64,000 nucleotides of DNA. It comes from Podarcis vaucheri (Eukaryota). The stretch lies in assembly GCA_965113315.1 (NCBI GenBank), contig OZ220370.1; one strand, 5' to 3'. The translations under genes were made by a program, and so were the position numbers. The notes under the pieces were generated by a model. That model was not told the DNA's origin. It ran no database searches and was given only the letters and a program-made list of their open reading frames with translations. Positions within the stretch are counted from its first letter, which is position 1. Every line of letters begins with the position of its first letter. Below, piece by piece: positions 36,765-51,011 of this stretch.

Positions 36765-39716
36765 ATATATCACAAAAGATTAATGAAGCACTCCTAAATT
36801 CTCCAACATGTTACCTCATCCTTTCTAAAACAACTTAGCTCAAGATTGTTCAAGATAATGCTTGTTCTCATATCAATTCATCTGTTCACCAAGATCTTCA
36901 GTGGAAGCATTCCTGGTGGTCTCATTACCTGTATCAGTACATGTTCTGGAATCATGAGGATGGCATTCTCTGTGGTGGAACAGTCTGCCCTTTTGAATTC
37001 AATAGTAACATACAGTGCAGTGTTTTCATCAACATTTAAAGACGTATCTATGTGACCAAGTATTTGCTGGCCATCGGTGTCCAACTCCACTAAGTTGCTG
37101 ACAACAGTATTATATACTGTATTATACACAATCTAGGTACTCTTTGAGTGTGGGACAGGGACTATATAATTATTTTAAATAAATAAATAAATAAAATGCA
37201 TCAATCCCCCATCTCCAAAAACCATATACTAGAAAGAGAAAACACAGGCAATGAGCAATAGGGAAAAACAGTGGTCCCTGTACTGACCTATATACCGACC
37301 CAAATATGTGTGCATCATGAACCCAAAATCTCCTTCCCCCTTTGCTTAACAGTCAGAACAGCTAAGAGCATTTGCAATGTATGATTAGAAATTATGACCA
37401 GTTGGAACAGTTGTGATCAACAGTATGGATGTAGGTGAGTGTGCATGTGGCTAGTATTTCTACCTATAACATCTCCAGTCATGCTTCCATGCTGTAGTAA
37501 CATAGGTGACAAATGTCTATTGAGTCTTAACAATGTTAGATGCCCTCTCACCTCTTTGGCTGGGAATGCTTTCCCATGGAAAGGCAATCTGGCAAGGACA
37601 TACAGTTGCACACCCCTGTATTTGCTGCTTCCTATACATTAATGCTGGATTGTGCCTAATGTGTCAAAAGGTTTGTTGCCAGTGCATATTCTGTAGTGAG
37701 AGATGAAGACTAATTTTGAAAGAAACTTTTATGGCATTGCTTAGTGGATCAGATACTTGATTTTCTGTCTTCTGGGGGAAAGCATTCAGCAAATTCAGTA
37801 TAGCAGTTTTAGTAGTCCTGCTGATTTTGTAGAACAAGAAGCAGAAGAGCATCAAGATCTCCAAGAAAGATGACTGAGAACCATCTACCTCTGCTTGTCA
37901 TACATGATCTCTTAAGCTGCCATTGAAAGTTATCCTCCTGCAGTAGTGACATGCATGATGGTGGGCAGCTGGTAAATTCACCCCCCACCCCCACGCACAG
38001 TTGCCTACCTGGATGGGGCAGCAGTGAGGCTGGAGACATGTTCTCTTAACTGTGGGAACATCTAGCAAGGCTGCTGGTGCACCTGCACAGCCCCAACCAC
38101 ACAGTTGTGTCAGCCCAGCCCTGACCAGGTAAGCCCCAGCAACATCGCTAGTGTTGGAGGGTGGCTCCAAGCTCCACCCCATTGCGTGTGCCACCAATCT
38201 CTTCCTGCTTCTTTTTATCTCTGTAATGTGAAGTGGTGTAGTAATAATAATTAGCTTTAATAGCATTCGTCTTGGCTTTATTTTCTTCTAGGCACAATGT
38301 GAGCAATAAATGAAGGTGGACATGGCCTTCTTTGCACTTTACAGTCATACTTGGTGTTTATAGAGCACTTTAGTGTAGAAAATGGTTGATATACATTCCC
38401 TTGTAACTCTTCAATAACCCAGAAAGATAGATCAGCAATATTTTCCTCATGTTGTGGATGAGATGGAGAGAGGATGCATTTAGATGTGGCAAATATTGCA
38501 TAAGATTTCCTGACTAGAACACTAGTGCTTCTTTTCTGTTTCCAATGATGCTTTCACACTGCAGTACCAGTTGTGTTATGGGTATATTTTTGACCAATAT
38601 ATCAGCATATCAATATATGAGCAATATATCGTGTTCCACTAAATTTCATTCACACCAGTGTGTGTGGTGTGACACAACAATGGACATCATTGGATAACAT
38701 TGCCACTATTCCACCCAGAGCTGTGCATGTATTCATTCCCCCATGGATATGGCCCCAAATTTCATCACTTTACTCCTGCGATTTTTCGGTTTAAGGGAGC
38801 AGCAAATGGATTTTTTCTGCTATTAAATAACATGGAAATGAAGTGGCTTTCATGCCATGTGAAAACTTGATTATGATGCAGAAATTAATAGTTAGGGAAA
38901 CATCAGGGAAATGGAGGAAACTGCTGTGTGAACTCAACCAGAGAGAGAGGAAGAAGGGAGTCTTGCCCAAGGACAACTAAGAGCTCATGATTGAAGTTTG
39001 GTTTGAACTGGGGCATTCATGATGTGCATCTCCTACCCAGTACAGCCTTATTTGAACAATCTCCTCAAGTGTAAGCAAAGAAAACATGATGGTGCAAAGT
39101 TCTAAATCATGTGTGGGGCCCCTACAAGTAGAGTAAGCTCCCCACCTCAGACCTTGGTCCTCAAATTCATGGAGGGATCTAGATTGTGTACAGATGAAAT
39201 GCTGGACAGGAAAGGACTAAGAAGCACTCCATATTTCTCCTCAGGTGTTTGCTCATGTACGGACAGTGTATGCCCAAGTAGGGCTTATGTATCACGTACC
39301 TAAAAAATAAAAATTCAGTTTGAAGATGAACAGCCTAGAGATGTGAATGAACAAATAGGAGCTGAGAGGAGTGAAGTGCCAGAGGTCACAAGGATGTACT
39401 GGTGGTTTACTAGTGTTTCTCCATCAAGAAAAAATCTATTGAATATTCCCTTAGAAAAGCCAGCCGAAAACATTGCTGAGAAAGATCCATAACATTTATT
39501 CCAGAATTTCCAGTAATGGGGTAGGGCAGGAACCCTAAACACACTTGTCTTTCCTGCTCCTTTTCAATTTGATTACAGCAACAAAAGTTGTCACTCTTTT
39601 TTATCCTTAGTGGGTAAATTCTAAGGGAAAAGAATAAAGTTATTCTAGCTATAGCTGCATATAATAGCAGTGGTACAGTGAAATGGTGTTTATTTAATTT
39701 TCAAAAGTGAAGTTTT

Positions 39717-39755
39717 TGCAGTTTGGGCTTGATCCTCTGGGTGTCACTGTTCACC
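39717..39755 (+). promoter_or_regulatory. CSE / CTCF site of the A4 promoter (CACT variant)
   Basis: TGCAG-N12-CCTCTGGGTGTCAC-TGTTCACC, ~190 bp before the ATG. Confidence 0.82.
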
Positions 39756-39943
39756 AGAATGGAGGAGAAATGAGAAATCCTGCCCAATTGAAGTTGCCTT
39801 TCCGTTAAACACAAGTACAAAATATCTGAAGGAACAAGCTGCTTGTCAGTGCAAAGAAGAAATGGAAGTGCATTTTTCTTAAAAACAAATTGGATACAGC
39901 ATCATTTGAACCAGAACATAAGAGCCTTTAACCTGCTGCAAGG

Positions 39944-42346
39944 ATGGAAGGAACTCAGAGGCTGTGGAATTGCAGAAAGGGAATCTTCCAGTGCCTTTTC
40001 ATGATGTTTTCTTGGAAGGCAGTTTCTGGGCAGATCCACTACTCCATTCCAGAAGAGTTGCACAAAGGCTCTTCCGTGGGGAATGTTGCAAAGGACCTGG
40101 GAATGGATGGCAAGCAGCTCCCAGACCATGGACTCCGCATTGTTTACCCTGTAGGTATGATTCAGTACTTCTCTTTGAATGCCAACAATGGCCATTTGCA
40201 GATATCTGAGAGAATAGATAGAGAGAAAATCTGCAGAGAGGCAGAGAAATGTATGTTGAATTTTCAGGTTCTTGTTGAAAGCAAATTGAAGCTTTATGGA
40301 ATTGAAGTGGAAATTACAGATATAAATGATAATGCTCCCCACTTCCCTCTATGGGAACAGGAGCTGAAAATCAGTGAGGCATCTATACCTGGATTCCAGA
40401 TCACTCTACCCAAAGCTCAAGATCCAGATTGGGGGATGAATTCTGTGCAGAGCTATCAACTCACAGGCAGTAGCCATTTTGCTTTGCATGTACAAACAGA
40501 AGAAAATGGTGCCAGACTTGTTGAACTTGTGTTGGAAAAGTCACTGGACAGAGAGGAACAATCAGCTTACGATTTGCTCCTCACAGCTACTGATGGAGGT
40601 GATCCCATCAGATCTGGCACATTACAAATCCACATTGTTGTCCTTGATGCAAATGACAATGCACCAGTTTTCAGCCAACCTCTCTATGAAGTGGTTATCA
40701 ATGAGAATATTCCCAAGTGGTCCATACTTTTGACAGTGAGAGCAACTGATATGGATGAAGGAATCAATGGAGACATTAAATACTCTTTCCAAGAAATTAC
40801 AAAGCAAGACATCCAAATGTTTCTGTTAAATTCCACAACAGGTGAAATCATCCTTATTGGGAATCTTGATTATGAGGAATCATCTTTATATGCATTTGAG
40901 ATACAAGCCAAAGATGGAGGAGGCCTGAGTGACAGATCAAAAGTTGTGATATCAGTTACGGATCTGAATGACAATGCACCCGAATTATCAGTTACCTTTG
41001 CCACCAACACCATACTTGAAAGTTCACCATCCCAATCGGTAATTGCCATTTTAAATGTCCAAGACCGAGATTCGGGAATCAATGGGGAAATCACATGTTC
41101 AATCCCTAGCAACCTCCCTTTCCAGCTAAAGAAGTCCATGGATAACTTTTACAGTTTGGTGACTGATGGTGCCCTTGACAGGGAACAGGTGTCTGTCTTC
41201 AATATTACTGTCACTGTTACTGACCATGGAGTCCCCCCTCTTTCTACAGTCACAGTTGTCACACTTCATGTTTTAGACACAAATGACAACCCACCCCTCT
41301 TTGAAAAAACAGACTATACTTTCTATTTTGTTGAGAATAACCAAAGAGGAGCCATGGTCTCTTCTATAAGAGCAAATGATCTTGATTGGGAAGAAAATGC
41401 CAGAATAACATATTCCATCACTGATGACGAAAGAAGTGACTCCCGCCTCTCCTCCTACCTTTCCATTAACTCTGAAACAGGGGTTATATATGCTCTGACC
41501 TCCTTTGATTATGAAGACTTTCGAGACATTCGGTTCCGTGTAAAGGCTCAGGATGGAGGTTCTCCACCACTCAGCTCCAACGTCTCAGTGACTCTCTTCA
41601 TCCTGGACCAGAATGACAATGCTCCCCAAATCCTGTACCCCTCCCCTCCCACTGATGGCTCCACAGGGATAGAGTTGGCCCCTCGCTCCTCAGAGCCAGG
41701 CTACCTGGTCACTAAGGTGGTGGCCGTGGATGCAGACTCTGGCCAGAATGCCTGGCTCTCCTACCAGCTGATCAAGGCCACCGAGCCAGGGCTCTTCACT
41801 CTGGGGCTCCACACGGGAGAGATCAGGACGGCCCGCTTCTTTCTGGAGAAAGATGCCCTCAAGCAAAGCCTGGTGGTTTTAGTCAAGGACAATGGGCAGC
41901 CACCTCTCTCTGCTTCAGCCACTCTGACTGTGGTGCTGGCTGACACCATCCCTGCAATCCTCTCAGACCTCAGCAGCATCTCAGCGCCCTTGGAGCCTCC
42001 ATCTGACCTCACCTTCTACCTGGTCCTTGCAGTGGCTTTTGTCTCCTGCTTGTTCTTCACTTTCCTCCTTGTGTTACTGGCCATCAAGTTGCACAGATGG
42101 AGAAATTCTCAGCTGCTTGAGACGGGGAGTGTGAATTTCAGTGGCGCTCCTATCTCACAGTTTGTGGGGATTGATGGAGTCCGAGCATTTCTGCACTCCT
42201 ATTGCCAGGAGGTTTCTCTCACTACAGACTCTAGAAAGGCAAATTATTCCAATACTCTGAACAATAAAGAAGCTTGTGAGGCAAAGGATCCAATCCTACC
42301 TGGTGAAGATTTAAACTTGAACAATGAAGGCTTAATCATAGTCCAG
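39944..42346 (+). CDS. PCDHGA: Protocadherin gamma-A-like variable exon A4 (801 codons)
   Basis: Intact gA ORF. Donor CAG|GTGAGC at 42346/42347. Confidence 0.94.
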
Positions 42347-44229
42347 GTGAGCAAACAATATTAGATTAACAAAAATTTTTGTTTTCTTAATATTAGAATA
42401 TATTTCCTGTCTGCCTCTGCTTTTCATTATATTCACAACTATGTCAGTCTTCTTTCTATTACTTTCAGTTCCCCCTTCTTTTAGTTATTACTTTATATGT
42501 GATCCTTCTGTGAAGTATCTTCTTTCAACAAATCTTTATCTTGATGCATCAGATGATCTGTCTTTGTCTCTTACTTTGGACTGCTGGTGGAGGCTCACAA
42601 AACCTTGTGGACATCTATAAAAAACATAGTTCACTACATATTGAAACTATCATGTATAGGAGATGTATAGGAGAAGGCTAGGCTCATCCTATTTTCATGT
42701 GCAGTAGGTGAGTTCCTGTGAGATTGATTCTAAATTGTTTTAGCTTTGAATGTTGTATTTGGATTTTATTTCATATTTTTATTACACTTCCAAATAATGG
42801 GTGGTTAAAAAAATCTGTATCAATAAATAAGTATATAAATGCGAGCCCTCACTCGCCTTGGTACTGAGAAGTTTTAGTCATGCCACCTCAATGAAAACTA
42901 GGGCCTAGTATCCTATGACAAGTTCTCATTCCCATCTTTCCACCAATAACCTCTTTCCATTACATACCCAACTGCCCACCAATAAGCTGATACTGAGATT
43001 CTCATGCCACAAGACTTCTTTTTTTTAAGAAAAGTAATAATGAATTTACTAAACTCCTTTATTGGCGGAGATATTTTGGCTGTTTGTATATTTTAGTATG
43101 ATAAAATGAGAAGATTCAATGGTGAGGGGACTCTGGAAATATATTTACAAGCAATTGTATTGTAAGATTGGTTGCATAATGCTCCTTTGTAACTTGCAAT
43201 CTTCATCCGCTATTGAACTACAGCAGCAACAAACAAATGGTTTGGGGGGTTGTATTTTCTACTCTATTGAGATTTCTAGTGTAAGATATAGGTAGGATTT
43301 TGAACCCAGGATAAGGTGTCATGTGTTGCCTTCTCTGTAAAAGAATGAAAACAGCTTCAGCCGACGGTGTGTTCTTCTAGGTAGTTCCACACTCCTACAA
43401 TGGGTACATCAATGGAAATGTGACTGCAAGTTTATTTACTCCTTTGTAATGTAACTGTAAGCTGGTTTGATTCCAGAGCACTTTGGTAAAATTTTGCTGG
43501 CATTTTTCTATTTTAAAAAATGCTATCATTGCTGGAGTTGTAAGCACCCTACAATGGCAAAAATTGATGCAGTTTATGAGGTATGTGGGGGTTTTTTGTT
43601 CCTGTAAGGAAACAATGACTGGTAACTTGCTGAAATTTGGGGGAGTTGTTTGGGTGACCATATCTGGTAATGTCCTTGAAAGACTATCCTGAAGTTCTAC
43701 TAATGTGTGAATTGGACAATGCAAAGTATGCTGGGAGGATGCTTGGATTCCCACAAAATTGTTTGATGTTTAAGAGAAAGTGGGAATTATTTAGGGATTA
43801 CAGTATTTGAACACCAGACAAAAATAGTGCTAAAAAAGGTTGCTTTTCCTTATTGTAAATACAAGTGGCAAATCCTCTTGACCACAATAATGAAATGCAC
43901 ACAGCACTGTGTGGGGCAACCTAAAATTATCACAAGTTGAACCTCTAACGGGAATATGTATTAAAAATTCACTTGTGATAATTTCTTAATATTGTTTAGA
44001 TTTTCTTAATGCACATTAAACATGGAAGAAAGAAAGTTCCAAAGAAATTTGGAACTCTGGTCTCATTGACCTGCATACTGAAAAGAGTTCTTAATGGAAT
44101 GAATAACTATAAGGTCTGATCAATAATCCATTGGGGGGGGTACAACTTGAAAACAATGGTAAAGGGTAAATCAAAAGCAGTTCTCTACATTAGAAATTAT
44201 ATACTATGTACCATTATTGAAATGGCAAA

Positions 44230-44268
44230 TACACTTCCCCATGTGGACTCAGAGTGTCACTGTTGGAC
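44230..44268 (+). promoter_or_regulatory. CSE / CTCF site of the B4 promoter (CACT variant, degenerate upstream module)
   Basis: TACAC-N12-ACTCAGAGTGTCAC-TGTTGGAC. Confidence 0.75.
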
Positions 44269-44499
44269 AACGTGGGAGCAGCCATGGTTCAGCATTTCTG
44301 AGACTCTTGGAGCAGTCTTTCTCTCTTAAAACTTCAGCCGAGCAGAAAGGAAAAGCTTTTATTTTAAAAGCTGTGCAAGAAAGGAAAGCTCTCAGTTTCC
44401 CAAGAATCAGCTCAAAAGAACAGTATTGGTACTATCTCACTTAAGTGTACTGGGAGTCTTGCAAATTATACTGAAAGAAGGAAGAAATCAGGAAATGCA

Positions 44500-46929
44500 A
44501 TGGATGTGATGGAAGTAGAGCAGGCAGAGAGAACAAGGGAGATCACCAAGAGGCAAGTACTGTTTCTGTTCATATTCTGGTCTGTGTTCTGCTGCCAGGT
44601 AGTGTCTGAGAAGGTTCAGTATTCAGTTCCAGAGGAAGCAGAGCAGGGCTCCTTTGTGGGGAACCTTGTTAAAGATCTGGGGTTGGATGTCAGAGAGCTG
44701 TCAAAGCGCAAGCTTGGTATTTCTTCAGAAAAGCAATTCTTTGATCTGAATGAACAAAATGGCAACCTGTATGTAAATGAGAGAATAGACCGGGAAGAGA
44801 TTTGTGGTAAATCATCTACTTGTATCCTCAAATTAGAACTTGTGGCACACAATCCTTTGAATATTTTCCACGTAAATATTTTTATCCAGGACATCAATGA
44901 TAATGCTCCACATTTTCAGAATGAAAATATTGAGCTTAAATTTAGTGAATCTACTCTGCCAGGAACTCGATTTGCTCTTGGAAATGCTGAAGATGATGAT
45001 ATCGGAATGAACTCCCTCCAGAATTATCAGCTGAGCTCAACTCCATATTTCAAACTAGAAATTAAAGCTGGCAATGATGGTGGCAAATATGCAGAATTAA
45101 TATTGCAGAAACAACTGGACAGGGAAAAGGAACACACGCACCACATGGTTCTTACAGCCATGGATGGTGGAGAACCTCCAAAAACTGGAACAGCCAAAAT
45201 ATTTGTAACAGTTATTGATATTAATGACAATGCTCCTGTTTTCACCCAGACAATCTATAAAGTGAGCCTGAAGGAGAGTGCACCCAAAGGAATCTCTGTG
45301 CTTCAAGTCAAAGCATCTGACAGTGATGAAGGGTCAAATGCTGAGATCACTTATATTTTCAGTGACATCCCCAAAACAGCCAAGCAGAAGTTTCATCTGG
45401 ATCCCAGAGATGGAACAATCACACTCATAGAAAGTGTTGATTTTGAAGAAAGTCAATATTATGTGATGATCATTCAGGCAAGTGATGGAGGAGGATTGGC
45501 GGCACATTGCAATGTGGAGATTGAGGTTCTTGATGAGAATGACAATGCTCCAGATGTGATCCTTACATCCGTGTCCAGCCCAGTTCCAGAAGATGTCACA
45601 TCTGGAGCTGTGATTGCTCTCATTAAAGTTCAGGACAGGGATTCTGGGGATAATGGAGAAGTCACCTGTCACCTGAAGGAACTTGTACCATTCCTGATAG
45701 TCTCATCTTCAGATAACTACTTCAAGCTCCTGATAGATGGTGCCCTTGACAGAGAAAGGACTCCAGAGTATAATATTACAATCACAGCCACAGACAAAGG
45801 CACACCTCCACTCTCCACACACAAAACCGTATCAATACAGATCTCAGATATCAATGATAACCCACCAGCCTTTGAAAAATCTTCCTATACTGCCTACGTT
45901 CCAGAGAACAATCCATCTGGAGCTTCAATTTTCCACATCAAGGCCTCTGACCCAGATCTGGATCGCAATGCCCGAATCGCTTACTCCATCCTTCACAGCA
46001 ACATCAAGGACCTGCCTCTCTCCTCCTATGTCTCCATTAACTCTGAGACTGGGATCATCTATGCCCAACGCTCCTTTGACTATGAGCAATTCAGGGAGTT
46101 TCAGATTCAAGTGAAGGCCCAAGATGGAGGTTCTCCACCACTCAATAGCAGTGCCACAGTGACAGTATGTGTTTTGGATCGAAATGATAATGCTCCGCAG
46201 ATCCTGTACCCCTCACAATCAACAGAGGGCTCCCCTTTCTTTGAGATGGTGCCTCGGTCAGCTGAGTCGGGTTATCTGGTGACGAAGGTGGTGGCCGTGG
46301 ACTCTGATTCGGGACACAATGCCTGGCTCTCATTCCATCTCCTGCAGGCCACAGAGCCCTCACTCTTCAGCATTGGCTCCCACACAGGAGAGGTGCAAAC
46401 AGTCCGAGCATTACTTGAGAGAGATGCAGTGAAGCAGAGGCTGGTCATCCTGGTGAAGGACAATGGGCATCCTCCTCTCTCAGCCACCACAACTTTGAGC
46501 CTGGTGTTTGCTGAGAACTTCCAGGAGGCTCTTCCAGAAATGAACTCCCAACCAAGTGACTCAGAGTATCAGTCTGATCTACAGTTTTATTTGGTATTGG
46601 CCTTGACCTTGGTGTCCTTTCTGTTCCTGGTGACGGTGATTCTGACCATTCTGATGAAGCTTCGAAGGTCAAGGAACCCCACTTTCCTTCAGTGCTTTAT
46701 TCCTGACCCCCACTCAAAGGCTGGTGCCATATTCCCACCCAATTATGAGGACGGAACTTTGCCTTATTCCTACCAGGTCTGTCTGTCCTCTGAATCCAGG
46801 AGGAATGAGTTGACTTTCCTGCAGCCCACTGTCCAAATAGCAGAGAACATTCTTTGCAATGGCAGCTCTGACATTTCTTTGATGGTCAGTGGAGGCAATT
46901 TAATTTCTGAAAAGGAAAGTGACAGCACG
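44500..46929 (+). CDS. PCDHGB: Protocadherin gamma-B-like variable exon B4 (810 codons)
   Basis: Intact gB ORF. Donor ACG|GTGAGT at 46929/46930. Confidence 0.93.
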
Positions 46930-48334
46930 GTGAGTTATATTGCATTCTTTTTTTTCTTTTTTAAGGGAATTAGGTGTGTTATCATTTGTTTGAGAGTTTA
47001 ATTGTAAACAGTGGATGTTATCAAACTGGCACCCCAGACAATTCAGGCCATGTCACCAGCGAAGTAGGTAGGGAGTATTACTGAGCTGCTACCGCTGCAG
47101 ATCAAGCTAATGGAATGGGCCTTCTAGCAGTTGTTGAAGGGCAAAATTGCAAGTTGGGGGCAGCCTCAGTCAGAATTATCCAGATGCACATTTGCATGCT
47201 GACTTAGGGTGACAATCTTGGACCACAGGATGGCATAGCATATTTGAGTGGAGACAGTGCTTATCCTTCCTTCCTTCCTTCCTTCTTTCCTTCCTTCGTA
47301 GTATGACTAAAATTTAATATGTAGCTATTTTAATGTTATGTCTTAAAAAACAACAGAAAAACAGACATCAAAAAATATTACATTGTATTTTATTCAAGAA
47401 GTTTGAAAATTTTCTGTTTATTGGCAAACTTCTCCTTATTATTAAGGTAAATATTAGGAAGTTTGTGGGGAGTTTTTATGTGTTGTGGGGAAGGAAATAG
47501 TGCATTGAATATCTTTTGTTGGCGGTCTGCCAACAGAGATAATTACATGGTGATTGATGATAGCCAGACATAAGTCTTGGTTCCCATATTCATTTTGGAA
47601 AAAAGAGTGAACAAGAGATTAATCTCTGGTGCTTTGAAAAAGATGTTTTCTGTGTTCAAGAGACCAAGAAGCAGTCAGTTCCTAGGAACTTGGATGGGGA
47701 TTAAACGACTTGAGAGCTGAGGAATTTACATCTTGCCCCAAAGCCATGAAAGAGCCGTGATGGGTATGGGATCTGCAAAAGCCTCCCTTTCTTAATTATT
47801 TTTGGGACAGTTATAATTCATAACCGAGGGAGATTTGTCCATCAGCTTGTGATAATTTACATTCAATGTGTGAGCTGCTTTTTGGCTTCAAGAAGAAGGG
47901 AAGGGAAATTGAACATTAAAGGGTTGAAGGCAAAACAAAATGCCTATTTTGTGGTTTGAGACAAGAAAGTTTTAAACGAACAATGGAGATCTGTGTTTTT
48001 GTATTTTTCAGATTGAACGTATATAAATGTTCTACATTGTTAAACTCTTATATTATTAAAAATGAATAAAAATAATATTTAAAAATAACAACCATAATTT
48101 AAAGCACACAGAAAGTTTAAATCACAACAGAATAGATTAAAACAAATTAAAACTCATACACAATTGGGTCTGATTGGAAAAGCACAGTGTATGATATGGT
48201 GAAGCATTGATGGAAGCTGTCAGTTGTAAAACACTCCTCAGGTCCTGTGACTGGTTATTCCTGGTTGCAGAATGAATAGAGCTCATGCACAGCCTTTGTT
48301 TGATCAATGAGTGGAGCAGGCAGTCTGTCTCTCA

Positions 48335-48493
48335 TGGAATCATAGAGTTGGGAGGGACCCAAGGGTCATCTGGTGCAACACCCTGCAATGCAGGTATCTC
48401 AGCTAGAGCATCCATGGCAGATGGCCATCCAACCTCTGCTAAAAAAACCTCCAAGGAAGGAGAGTCCACAACTTCCCAAAGGAGACTGTCCCA
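48335..48493 (-). mobile_element. CR1 LINE 3' fragment (duplicated copy of 36606-36764)
   Basis: Near-identical to 36606-36764 with identical flanks, so it was duplicated with the segment rather than inserted independently. Confidence 0.78.
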
Positions 48494-50784
48494 ATATATC
48501 ACAAAAGATTAATGAAGCACTCCTAAATTCTCCAACATGTTACCTCATCCTTTCTAAAACAACTTAGCTCAAGATTGTTCAAGATAATGCTTGTTCTCAT
48601 ATCAATTCATCTGTTCACCAAGATCTTCAGTGGAAGCATTCCTGGTGGTCTCATTACCTGTATCAGTACATGTTCTGGAATCATGAGGATGGCATTCTCT
48701 GTGGTGGAACAGTCTGCCCTTTTGAATTCAATAGTAACATACAGTGCAGTGTTTTCATCAACATTTAAAGACGTATCTATGTGACCAAGTATTTGCTGGC
48801 CATCGGTGTCCAACTCCACTAAGTTGCTGACAACAGTATTATATACTGTACTTTATTATGCATATTATTGCATTGAACTGGTCCTTATATGGTCTTAAAT
48901 TAATGTTATACACAACCTAGATACTCTTTGAGTGTGGGACAGGGACTATATAATTATTTTAAATAAATAAATAAATAAAATGCATCAATCCCCCATCTCC
49001 AAAAACCATATACTAGAAAGACAAAACACAGGCAATGAGCAATAGGGAAAAACAGTGGTCCCTGTACTGACCTATATACCGACCCAAATATGTGTGCATC
49101 ATGAACCCAAAATCTCCTTCCCCCTTTGCTTAACAGTCAGAACAGCTAAGAGCATTTGCAATGTATGATTAGAAATTATGACCAGTTGGAACAGTTGTGA
49201 TCAACAGTATGGATGTAGGTGAGTGTGCATGTGGCTAGTATTTCTACCTATAACATCTCCAGTCATGCTTCCATGCTGTAGTAACATAGGTGACAAATGT
49301 CTATTGAGTCTTAACAATGTTAGATGCCCTCTCACCTCTTTGGCTGGGAATGCTTTCCCATGGAAAGGCAATCTGGCAAGGACATACAGTTGCACACCCC
49401 TGTATTTGCTGCTTCCTATACATTAATGCTGGATTGTGCCTAATGTGTCAAAAGGTTTGTTGCCAGTGCATATTCTGTAGTGAGAGATGAAGACTAATTT
49501 TGAAAGAAACTTTTATGGCATTGCTTAGTGGATCAGATACTTGATTTTCTGTCTTCTGGGGGAAAGCATTCAGCAAATTCAGTATAGCAGTTTTAGTAGT
49601 CCTGCTGATTTTGTAGAACAAGAAGCAGAAGAGCATCAAGATCTCCAAGAAAGATGACTGAGAACCATCTACCTCTGCTTGTCATACATGATCTCTTAAG
49701 CTGCCATTGAAAGTTATCCTCCTGCAGTAGTGACATGCATGATGGTGGGCAGCTGGTAAATTCACCCCCCACCCCCACGCACAGTTGCCTACCTGGATGG
49801 GGCAGCAGTGAGGCTGGAGACATGTTCTCTTAACTGTGGGAACATCTAGCAAGGCTGCTGGTGCACCTGCACAGCCCCAACCACACAGTTGTGTCAGCCC
49901 AGCCCTGACCAGGTAAGCCCCAGCAACATCGCTAGTGTTGGAGGGTGGCTCCAAGCTCCACCCCATTGCGTGTGCCACCAATCTCTTCCTGCTTCTTTTT
50001 ATCTCTGTAATGTGAAGTGGTGTAGTAATAATAATTGGCTTTAATAGCATTCGTCTTGGCTTTATTTTCTTCTAGGCACAATGTGAGCAATAAATTAAGG
50101 AGGACATGGCCTTCTTTGCACTGTACAGTCATACTTGGTGTTTATAGAGCACTTTAGTGTAGAAAATGGTTGATATACATTCCCTTGTAACTCTTCAATA
50201 ACCCAGAAAGATAGATCAGCATTATTTTCCTCATGTTGTGGATGAGATGGAGAGAGGATGCATTTAGATGTGGCAAGGAAAGGACTAAGAAGCACTCCAT
50301 ATTTCTCCTCAGGTGTTTGCTCATGTACGGACAGTGTATGCCCAAGTAGGGCTTATGTAACACGTACCTAAAAAATAAAAATTCAGTTTGAAGATGAACA
50401 GCCTAGAGATGCGAATGAACAAATAGGAGCTGAGAGGAGTGAAGTGCCAGAGGTCACAAGGATGTACTGGTGGTTTACTAGTGTTTCTCCATCAGGAAAA
50501 AATATATTGAATGTTCCCTTAGAAAAGCCAGCCGAAAACATTGCTGAGAAAGATCCATAACATTTATTCCAGAATTTCCAGTAATGGGGTAGGGCAGGAA
50601 CCCTAAACACACTTGTCTTTCCTGCTCCTTTTCAATTTGATTACAGCAACAAAAGTTGTCACTCTTTTTTATCCTTAGTGGGTAAATTCTAAGGGAAAAG
50701 AATAAAGTTATTCTAGCTATAGCTGCATATAATAGCAGTGGTACAGTGAAATGGTGTTTATTTAATTTTCAAAAGTGAAGTTTT

Positions 50785-50823
50785 TGCAGTTTGGGCTTGA
50801 TCCTCTGGGTGTCACTGTTCACC
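50785..50823 (+). promoter_or_regulatory. CSE / CTCF site of the A5 promoter (CACT variant)
   Basis: Identical to the A4 CSE. Confidence 0.82.
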
Positions 50824-51011
50824 AGAATGGAGGAGAAATGAGAAATCCTGCCCAATTGAAGTTGCCTTTCCGTTAAACACAAGTACAAAATATCTGAAGG
50901 AACAAGCTGCTTGTCAGTGCAAAGAAGAAATGGAAGTGCATTTTTCTTAAAAACAAATTGGATACAGCATCATTTGAACCAGAACATAAGAGCCTTTAAC
51001 CTGCTGCAAGG

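Noticed and set aside
36780-38350. Short ORFs in the B-A spacers, repeated near 22000-23000 and 48500-50130
   Set aside because: They repeat only because of segmental duplication, are broken by stops and match no family I recognise. Possibly an old transposon remnant.
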